A DNA stretch of 64,000 bases from Octopus bimaculoides (taxonomy: Eukaryota), in assembly GCF_001194135.2 (NCBI RefSeq), contig NC_069006.1, positions 25,693,119 through 25,757,118 of the forward strand, read 5' to 3'. A program made the translations under genes and the position numbers. Each line of letters begins with the position of its first letter. Within the stretch, counting starts at the first letter, position 1. Below the pieces are notes generated by a model. That model searched no databases. It saw only the letters and a list, made by a program, of their open reading frames with translations, and was not told where the DNA came from. This document shows positions 54,022 through 64,000 of the stretch, piece after piece.

Positions 54022-55111
54022 CTTCAGAAACAAAACCAAAAAACAAAGACAGAGATAAATGTGTTGGATTGCCACAAAACCATGCTCTACCGATTCCTTC
54101 GTAAGCATCTGAAAATTTCTCTTGATGCTGATGAACGTTTGTTTTTGATGTTAATATAAGGAAAAAGGATAAAAAGCCTGTTTACAATATAGAATGGAAA
54201 GAAAAATAAACTTAGTCAATTATATAGGCGCAGGTGTGGCTGTGTGGTAAGAAGTTTGCTTCCCAGTCACATGGTTCTGGGTTCAGCCCCAATGCAGGTT
54301 ACCTTGCTAATATATATATATACCATAGCTCAATAACAATGATTCAATGAAAAATGTTTGACCACTGTCCAGCATTGATAGTGATGGCGGTGAAGAAGGT
54401 TATAGGTATGACATGTGTAAACCATTAGAATCTCTGCAAAGAATCTTTAAAGACACCAACAACAATTTGTAAATCATAAATACTGGAACGACTCGGGTTA
54501 CTTGATAAATTGATTACATGACTAACAATGCTTTAATCAAGAGACTGGACAGTTAATTAAATTCAAATATTAGTTGTAATTTTATACTCTGCATACATGC
54601 ACACACACACACACACCCTATTTTCTCTCTATCTTCCATTCACTGTAATACATGTGTATACACATGCACACACACACACACGCATATATATATATAAATT
54701 GTTACATTTTGGGAGGATCATACAGCCGATAAAGACACACACACACACACACTGGTTATGTTTCACTTCAGTTTTATTTCCTGTCAATGCGATTTTTTCC
54801 CCAGCTGAGTGGACTGGAGCAACATGAAATGAAGTGTCTTGCTCAAGAACACAACACATTGCCTAGTCCAAGAATTGAAACCACAATCTTCTGATCACGA
54901 GTCCAACGCTCTAACCACGAAACCACATTCCTCCACTCATTTCTATGCATTCCCTCATCACTACCCACCCCTTCATCATGCACCTACTCTCTTCTCGCAC
55001 CATGTACCCATACACATTCCTCCACCCTGCACATAATCCACCCTCATCTAAATCCTCTACCTCTGCCTCCTCCTCTCGATCACAAAAAGAACAGTATGGA
55101 GTCTTACTCAC

Positions 55112-55203
55112 ATTAAATGTTTTCCCATCAGATCGGTAAATTTGCTGGAAGAGTCCAACTCCATATTTGGAACTGACCGGTTTCCGAAGACTGCCTTCAT
55201 ATT
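55112..55203 (-). CDS. VWA3B: VWA3B-like exon 2 (EYEGSLRKPVSSKYGVGLFQQIYRSDGKTFN)
   Basis: ctacag| acceptor, AAT|gtgagt donor, phase 1 to 0. Resembles recalled VWA3B SLGRPVASRYADGLFPQLYR. Confidence 0.9.
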
Positions 55204-55706
55204 CTGTAGAAACAAACAACAGATTCATTTGTTGCACTTTCATTTCCTTTAATAACATCATCAGCCTTTTAATAATTATTTTTAATAATTATTTTTTAAT
55301 AATTATTTTTTCTCACACTTCATCAGTTATGATGACAAGTGTTCTAGTTGATCCGATCAATAGAACAGCCAGCTTGTGAAATTAACAGGCAAGTGGCTGA
55401 GTACTCCACAGACATGCATACCCTTGATGTAGTTCTCAGGGAGATTCAGCATGACACAGAATGTGACAGGGCTTAGCCCTTTTGAATTACAGGTACAACT
55501 CATTTTTGCCAGCTGAATGGACTGGAGCAATAAAGTCAAATAAAGTGTCTTGCTCAAGGACACAATGCACTGCTGGGAATTGAACTCACAGCCCTTATGA
55601 TCGTGAGCTGAGCACCCCAGCCACTCAGCCACATCGAATAACCTGGTCAAAAGAATTTTCAAATAAAAAACGGAATAATAAATAAAAATAGTTTCTGGAG
55701 ACTGAC

Positions 55707-55920
55707 CTTCCGAGACTTTGAAGCCAATATTTGGCACCAAACTGAACAGATCCAGTTGATGCCTTTTCAATCCGTAACAATTTAACCATTTTGTTGAACT
55801 GATCAGTTCTGTGGCTTCAGCTGGCAGACTGCAACTTTCATAATGAATTTGGTAAAGAGGACATCCAAATATCTTCAGTTTTCTTTTGGTATTTTGCTCT
55901 TCTTCGGGCTTTGATCTCAT
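55707..55920 (-). CDS. VWA3B: VWA3B-like, coding exon 1 of 20 (MRSKPEEEQ...ISSTKWLNCYGLKRHQLDLFSLVPNIGFKVSE)
   Basis: ATG at 55920, preceded by acceptor tttcag with the exon starting at 55936, so an upstream exon must exist. Donor GAAG|gtcagt, phase 1. The SS.KWL..YGL motif resembles the VWA3B N-terminus as I recall it. Confidence 0.85.
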
Positions 55921-55974
55921 CGTTGCCACATTCGACCTGAAACAGTTTCAAACTTTAATTCACACACCTCAACC

Positions 55975-56305
55975 CTATTCTTTTATTCTTTTACTTGTTT
56001 CACTCATTTGACTGTGGCCATGCTGGAGCACTGTCTTTACTTGCAACAAATCAGCCCCAGGACTTATTCTTTGTAAGCCTGGTACTTATTCCATCGGTCT
56101 CTTTTGCCGAACTGCTAAGTTACTGGGACATAAACACACCAACATGGGTTGTTAAACACACACACACACACAAACATATACATATTTAAAATATACGACA
56201 AGCTTCTTTCAGTTTCCATCTACCAAATCCACTCACAAGGCTTTGGTTGGCCTGAGGCTATAGTGGAAGGCACTTGCCCAAGGTGCCACATAGTGGGACT
56301 GAACC
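55975..56305 (-). mobile_element. SINE copy directly upstream of VWA3B coding exon 1
   Basis: Same family; followed by an inverted partial copy at 56334-56442. Confidence 0.75.
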
Positions 56306-57474
56306 TGGAACCTGGAACAGTGACATGGCTCTGAGTTCAGTCCCACTGCATGGCTCTTTGTGCAAGTGTTTTCTTCTCTAACCTTGGGCCAATCAAAGCC
56401 TTGTGAGCATATTTGGCTAATGGAAACTGAAAGAAGCCTGTCATATATATATATATATATATATGACAGGCTTCTTATGCATCTGATGTTGGACATAAGA
56501 AGCATCGGACATGGCATGGAAGACAGATATTAAAGGATGATGATAATGATATGTATGTATATATACATATATATATATGCGTGTGTGTGTGTGTGATCAG
56601 AGCACCTAGAGATGATTGAATATTGAACTGATCAAATCAGTGTCCAATATAACCCCAAAAGATGTGTCTGTAGGCTAAAAAATAGAACCCTCTCTCATGC
56701 TAACCATTTTATTCTGCCATAGTCTTCATGCTTCTTACAAGTTAAATAAAATATGAAATTACTTTTGTGTAGGATTCTTAATTTTTTTTCTATTCCAAAA
56801 TGTGATAATTTGAAGCCAAATATTTCGATGTGAGTCAGTTCCAGTGACCATTTTTACGACATTCCATCTTAAATCTAAATAGAATTAGCAGCAAATCCAT
56901 TGCCAACAGAATTTGGTTTGACATCTAATTCTAAGAATGGAACAGTGGGCCCTTAACTAATGTAGATTTTCTACCTTGGGGTCATTGTGCTTTTTAGTAA
57001 TTACAACTAAATTTCTAACCAATTCTGACCTTCAGTCAAAGACCAGAAGTCACAGCCATCCATTTAGCAGTCAAAGACCAACACATATTCCATTTCTTTT
57101 CTTTCTTATATTTCAGAAATAGGAAAAATTTCTTTTCTTTTTCACTTCTTTATTTTACTTATTTTATTTCAGAACATGTTTCTTCTTAAAAGCTTACCAA
57201 CACACAAACTCGTCGAAGTTCCATGATTATTATAATTAGCATTGGTTTGATTATGGTAATAATGGTTAATTATCTTCAGAATAGTTTCTGATATGTATGA
57301 CAGGGGAGCAAGATGTAGTGGCTATCATGCCTTTATCAAAACTTTAGAAATAATGTTACTGAACATCAAAAACAAAATATACACAGAAATCAGAAACGAA
57401 AGAGGATCCTACTACATGAAGAGGAGAACACCACTTCACCACATGAAAGAGACAGATTCATGGAGCTATTCAGA

Positions 57475-57507
<33 letters not shown>

Positions 57508-60470
57508 TACACACATACATGCATACACACACATACATACATACATACATACATACATTCATATGAATTCATATTCATACCAATAATAATTGAGCGCTAG
57601 GTTTTGTTAGTAAATGATTAAAGGAGAATTTGGATAAACCAGTTGATCTGGTCATCTGAACAGCTGCTCAAGAAATTAACATGCAAGTACTCCACAGACA
57701 TGTGTACCCTTATGGTAGTTCTCGGGGAGATACAGCATGACACAAAATGTGACAAGGATGGCCCCTTTTGAATTACAGGTACAACTCAGTTTTTCCAGCT
57801 GAATGGACTGCAGCAATGTGAAATAAAGTGTCTTGCTCAAGGACGCAGTGCATCACCTGGAATTGAACTCCTGACCTTATGATTGTGAGTCAAATACACT
57901 AACCACTAAGCCACACACACCTCATTTGAACCATGCAGTTGTAAAACAAACTGCTTAGCCATATGGCCATTGCTACACTGCAATAAAGAAACAGAAGTCT
58001 TAGGGTTGTAACAGTAATTGATCCATCAACCTGTACTGTTGCACAGAAATACTACCACTACTACAACACAACCTACAAATGCCAGGTCATCGAATTTGTC
58101 CCCCCCCCCCCGCTTTTTTCTTTTTCTTCTTCTTTTAATAGTGATTATAGGATTATTTGTTTTCTTCAGTTCTTCATCTTCGAATCGATAGCAACTCCGC
58201 GGATGGAGGATGGAAAGGGGGAAGTTCTACTTAACCCCCGCCAAACAACGATACAATGTTGTTTACACTACTTCCAAGCTATCCTAACTCAGGTGATTGA
58301 TTTTATTGAAATCGTATCAAATTACACATTGACACTTTGGGGTCGGTGACAGATCAATAGCAAATATACCTTGGAACTTTGACAGAACAACTTCACTGAT
58401 CAATAACCAATAATATTTGCTCATCGGATAGAATTGGTATTTGTGTTTTTTAGCATCACCAATATACATCTATCTATAAAATGTAGAATTCCTACATCTG
58501 TTGGCAGTGCCATGAAGAGAATCTCCTGGCCATTCTTAGATCTAACTGTTTCACTTTTCTCAAGTTTTCAGTTTCACTTTTTTCCTAATTACTGCATATT
58601 TCTTTCACTTGTTTCAGTCATTTGACTGCGGTCATGCTGGGGCACTGCCTTTAGTCAAACAAATCGACCCCAGAACTTATTCTTTGTAAGCCAAATACTT
58701 ATTCTATTGGTCTCTTTTGCCAAACCACTAAGTTACGGGGACGTAAACACACCAGCAGCGGTTGTCAAGTGGTTAGGGTTTGGGGCTCACACTTGTAAGG
58801 TTGTGATTTCGATTCCTGGCAGTGTGTTGTGTTCTTGAGCAAGAAACTTTATTTCCCTTTAATCTGTGGATTACTCAGCCACTTGCATGTTAATTTCATG
58901 AACAGGCTGTTCCATTGCTAGAATCAACTGGAACCCTTGTTATCATAAGCAACAGAGTGCCACTTTATGAATTAGTATTATTAAATATCCGGGCCTCCAT
59001 TTCTGAGTATTCCAAAATGTCAACACTCTGTCTTTCAACAAGTAAACTTTCAAGTACAGACCAGATTTTTAAATGGGTTTAAGTAAATATACAGAATACA
59101 CTTTACAACAAGTACTACGATCTCTTCAAGCCTACTGATCTATCTGTCTATCTATCTATCTACTTACCTATCTACCTATCTAATCTAATCTAATCTAATC
59201 TAATCTAATGTAATTTATTATTTACAAACGTGCATTACAACACACACACTACATTTTGAATAAGATAAATACTGGCTTCTATTTGATCAAATAAAGCCCC
59301 TCAAGGTGCTGCCCCAGCATGGCCACAGTCAAATGACAAATAAATAAAAGATTTCATGAAGAATATAAGAAGAACATAAGAGCATGATGTCTCCATTTGC
59401 TTCGTATTTGAGAAATTGGGAAAATTTGGAAAGAGAGGAAGAGACTAGATACGATACGTAGCATAGCATCACCACCACCACCACCACCACCACCACCACC
59501 ACCACCACCATCTATCTATCTATCTATCTATCTATCTACCTATACATATATACATATATGTATGTGACTACATATATATAAAGTGTGTCTTCATATTGTA
59601 TATATTGGTGTGTGATGAATGGGAGAGTCAAGAGTAGAATATGAATAAATACCAGTAAAATACGTTGGGAATAGAAGTAGATGATGATTATGATGATGGT
59701 GATGATGATGATGTTATTTAACACCGGGTCAGCCTTGATCAGCTTAGCTCCAGCTCAAACCTGATCAGAGGGTTTCAAGCATGACCACCCATCCTTTTTT
59801 TGACAGAGATGCTAGGGAGTGGTTATATATGTCTAAGACTACATTTTCCAATGCATCCTTCCTTTTTCCTAAAATTGTTGGAAGTGATCTGAGAGTAATT
59901 TGACTGCTCTTTTTAGCAGATCCAGTGACTGCATATAAGCTCCCTCATTTGCTTATATAACAGGTGCCTGTTGTTGTTGTTGTTACTGTAGTTGATTCTG
60001 TTTAACCCTAGGTAAGTCCTAATGCCATTCCAGCCATGATCGTCCAGTTTGTAATATATCTATGACTACATTATCGAATATGTCCTTCCGTCCTTTCTAA
60101 GTGTGATTTGAGGCTTTATTCGACTACTATTTCTAGCAGGTCGTATGTTGACTGACAAGACAGTGTAATGTGTGTAAGTGGGAAGTATGCAGGGATTGAA
60201 ACCCCTGTTTTATAGGAATGTCATTACTTACCTCCTCAATCAGCTGGGCTTAATACACCACCACCACCACTGCCAACACCACCACCACCACCTCAGGCAG
60301 AGACAGTGGAGGAAGTGGAGAACTATACACGGCCATGTTTGTTTATGTTTGTTACCTAGCAACCTCAGTGTGTGTGCGTGAGTGTGACATTGACTCAGGT
60401 AACAGAACAGGAGTGGGGGGAGGGCAGGGACAGTATTGTCCTGGTGTGTGTGCGTGTGTGTGTGTGTGTG

Positions 60471-60501
<31 letters not shown>

Positions 60502-62229
60502 AGGGAAGTTACATAGAAGAGGGAGAGAAGCAGAAAGGGAGTTGTGGGTGTGTGGGTGTGTATGCAGTAAGTCAGGTTGTGTGGACAGAGAAAATGAGGG
60601 GGTGAATGGAGGTAGGTTGTGTTATACAGATTGAGGGTGGTGGTAATGGAGGTAGTGGTGGCAGTGGTAGTGACAGTGGTGGAGATGGTGCTTGTGGTTG
60701 TGGTGGTGGTGGTGGTGGTAATGGTATTGGAGACATGTATTAGCTTTTCTGTTTGGGCAGATACAACACACACACAAATCACATGCATGTATATAAATAC
60801 ATACACACACACACACATAGTCTTGTTTTACTTTTTCTAGCCTCACAATCTGTTGCCATGCTGGAGCACCACCCCTCCAATTAACACTATTTCCATATCC
60901 TTCCTTCCGTCGTTACTTATTTATGAATGAACAAGTTTGATGCTGTTACCTGTTCTTGTGATTTTCCTGTTGTTTTTATTATTGTTGTGATTTTGTTTCA
61001 CCTGTAATTACAGACAGGAAATAATCCAGGTGCTTCTTAAATATATCCTTCATTTTTTACTTGTTTCAGTCATTGGACTGCAGCCATGCTGTGGCACCAC
61101 CTTGAAGAATTTTACAGTTGAATGAATCGACCCCCCCCAGGACTTTTTTTTTAAGCCTGGTTGTGGTGGTGGTGGTACTTGTGGTCTCTATCAGTCTCTT
61201 TTGCCGAATTGCTGAGTTATGGGGATGCAAACACACCAACACCGGTTGTCAAGTGCACTGGGGGACAATCACAGGCACAAAGACATACACACATAGATAT
61301 ACATACAGACATGCATACATAAACAAAAACAAAAAGGTTTAAATGTGATTTGAACTCAAGGACCAGATGTTTGCCACATTATTGTTTCTCCAAGGAAAGA
61401 ATAGAATTTTGCTTTTGTTTTGTTTTTTTACTTATTTATTTTTATTTTTGTTTTTTATCTTTTCATTTTTATATTCTTTTTATTGTTAACTTTAGGTTCC
61501 TTTCAAACGCTTTCTGGTGTTTCTTTAATCTCCAGAGAACATTTAAATTACTTCAAGTACATCTTTAATTAAGGTTGTACACACACACATTCAAATATAC
61601 ACACATTATATATGTATATATATATATATAATGTATGTATATATATATATATGTGTGTGTATGCATGTATGTATATCCGTATATATATCATCATCATGAT
61701 TTATGCACACCCACACACAGCTATATCCTTTATCTGAACATCTATTCAGAAGCTTTTCAAAACCATTCTCCCCCCCCCNNNNNNNNNNNNNNCCCCCCCC
61801 CCCCTCTTACCCTCTCCCCCCCTCTCTCTTCTTTAAAACGGATCAACTTCTTTCTTGCTTTCTTTCCTTTTTTTATTTTTACTTTTGTCATAACGAGGTT
61901 AGTAATTATTTGTAAGTGTTTGGCTGTGTTAAATAGAATGTATGTGGTGGTCGTTTGTGGATTGGACGGGGAGGAAGAGAACGAGGAAAACAGAGGGTGG
62001 TGGCCATGGTGGTGGCAGTGGTAGTGGTGGTGGTGGTGATAGTGGTCACAATGATGGTGGTGGTTGTGGGGATGGTAGTTGTGGTGGGGATGGTGATTGC
62101 AGCGGTGGCTCATGATGAGGGTGATGATGATGATAATGATGGTGGTAATGATGATGATGATGATGATGGTGATGGTAATAATGATGATCATGATGGTCGT
62201 GATAATGACAAAGGTGCTGATGAGGGCAG

Positions 62230-62260
<31 letters not shown>

Positions 62261-62566
62261 TTGTCAATTAGAAGAAGCAAAAGAAAAACCCTCACCATTG
62301 ATCTATTATAAAGATGTGAATGTTTCCCATCAGAGATCAAAGATTTCACTGAAATCGTCCATTGTTGTTGCTGCTGCTGCTGCTGGTGGTGGTGATGTAA
62401 TTATTGTTGTTTAATTATGATCAAGACAAATGAATAAGTATTAAAGATTATAAAAACCAAAAGAAAAGAAAAGAAAAAAAGCAATTAGTGTTATTACAGT
62501 TAATTAGTTCGTGATTGCAATCTTAACGAGGTCCTCTTCCAGAGCAAAGGATCTTTCTTAGCTTAC

Positions 62567-62627
62567 CTTCCAACATTAATGGTTACGGAATTGTCTTTGA
62601 CACTAAATTTTAATGCCAAAACACAAA
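62567..62627 (-). other. Candidate upstream (5' UTR) exon of the VWA3B-like gene
   Basis: cattag| acceptor and strong GAAG|gtaagc donor, no ATG in the frame that continues into exon 1. Supported only by splice-site motifs. Confidence 0.2.
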
Positions 62628-62777
62628 CTAATGACAACAACAGCAACAACAGCTATAATAATAGTGATGATGATGATGATAATAATAATAATAATAATAA
62701 TAATAAGAAGAAGAAGAAGAAGAAGACTAATAATAATAGCAATTGTAATAGGAACAGTAGTAGTAGTAGTAGAAATA

Positions 62778-62812
<35 letters not shown>

Positions 62813-63324
62813 AATAATAATAATGATAGTTAGATGGTACCAACAGCCATAATGCTTATAAATGGTAATGAAGTTATTTAATTTTAGTTTGAAGCTGAAA
62901 ATGGTTTCGTGTCGATGTTCATTCTGTTTGTGTTCTGTTATAAAAGAGTAAACCGAAAGTAAGAGAGATCTTCAGAACCATTGTTGGCGTAAACAATGCT
63001 TTCAATTTTCGATCAAGCATTATCCTGATGGAAGAACACCTTTTGTCTCGAAACCAAAGAATTTGCTATTTGGATTTGCAAAGTTCACAGAATTGAGAAA
63101 CAAAACGGGGGGAAAAAAAAATCCTAAATATTCAAGGGAGGAAATAATACATAATTATTTCCCTTGCATCGTGATATTTTTGCACACGGCATCCAATTTA
63201 GTTCAGTGAAAAATTCTGATTAACGATATTGTTTGGCTTTCATATATGTATATGTGTGCCTGTGTGTACGCATGCGTGTATGTATGTATGTACCCACCTA
63301 CCTACCTCTCTCTCTCTCTCTTTC

Positions 63325-63369
<45 letters not shown>

Positions 63370-63412
63370 ATAGTTAGCAAGGTGGGACACACATAAGAAA
63401 GAAGAAAGCAAA

Positions 63413-63457
63413 GGACCACTGATGAGGTCACAGAAGTGTGACGAAAGAACTCTGGCC
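63413..63457 (+). ncRNA. Compact type I hammerhead motif, core intact
   Basis: ggacca-CTGATGA-g-GTCAC agaagt GTGAC-GAAA-gaaCTC|tggcc. Confidence 0.75.
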
Positions 63458-63557
63458 GAAATATGATTAATGTAATATAAAGCTGAAGCAAATTAACGCC
63501 AAATATACAGTGCGTGTGTTTTTATTGGCTAAACTGGCAATATGACCATCCCCAAGT

Positions 63558-63597
<40 letters not shown>

Positions 63598-63929
63598 AAT
63601 ACAAAGAATATGTATGCAGAACATCCAATGACAATAATTAGCATATTCCACTGAATTATTCCCAATTAAATCTCATCGACCTCTAAATATTTTGGAAAAG
63701 AAAGAGATTTGGCTCAATTTTGGAATTTGTACGATCTAAGGGAGAGCACTGCTGAAAGCATTACTTTAGATTTCAAGGGAGGTAACTGGTGAATATATTA
63801 GCCAGATAATTCGTTCAGGCTGAGCAAACTCCTATTTGGGATGGATAATAAAAGCAGGGTTTCTTCAATATGAAAGATGATTAGCATTTCATGAACGTAT
63901 TGCTTCTCTGGATGAATCGATAAACTATT

Positions 63930-64000
63930 GACGACATCTTGCTACTGACTCCGTAGAAAACCACGTGACACACAAATACACGCGCGCGCTTTCAAAACCG
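63930..64000. promoter_or_regulatory. CpG-retaining promoter-like segment at the window edge (E-box CACGTG, CGCGCGC)
   Basis: CpGs cluster in an otherwise CpG-depleted window. It lies upstream of VWA3B in the minus orientation. Confidence 0.3.

Noticed and set aside
821-62852. The large majority of ORFs in the six-frame track (HT/CV/YI/poly-D/poly-H/poly-X proteins)
   Set aside because: They are translations of microsatellites or run through N-gaps and have no coding signal.
63024-63065. ctgatgg...ctcgaaacc hammerhead-like string
   Set aside because: Core A9 is G, stem II is poor, there is no NUH triplet and stem I does not pair convincingly.
1-64000. tRNA, rRNA or CRISPR arrays
   Set aside because: tRNA-like A/B boxes occur only as SINE heads without a full cloverleaf. 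No rRNA-like sequence or repeat-spacer arrays were seen.

Overview
Eukaryotic, AT-rich, microsatellite-dense genomic DNA with many N-gaps. The repeat families point to an octopus/coleoid cephalopod (inference). Almost all ORFs in the supplied track are microsatellite artefacts. The one gene I can support is a VWA3B-like gene on the minus strand, assembled by hand into 20 coding exons (ATG 55920 to TAA 28333). All splice phases close, giving 3051 nt and about 1016 aa. It needs one GC-AG intron. It stops, with a poly(A) signal behind it, just before the point where vertebrate VWA3B continues into its C-terminal DUF4537 region. The rest is tRNA-derived SINEs, RTE-LINE derivatives, piggyBac- and hAT-type MITEs and a Penelope-like GIY-YIG remnant. 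The most striking non-coding signal is a set of six sequence-unrelated type I hammerhead-ribozyme-like motifs (3626, 19098/19651, 20782, 28025, 48546, 63413). One is sense-oriented inside a VWA3B intron and one has a U3-A8-type variant core inside an inverted Penelope terminal repeat. Homology calls come from my recollection of the protein families and no database search was run.
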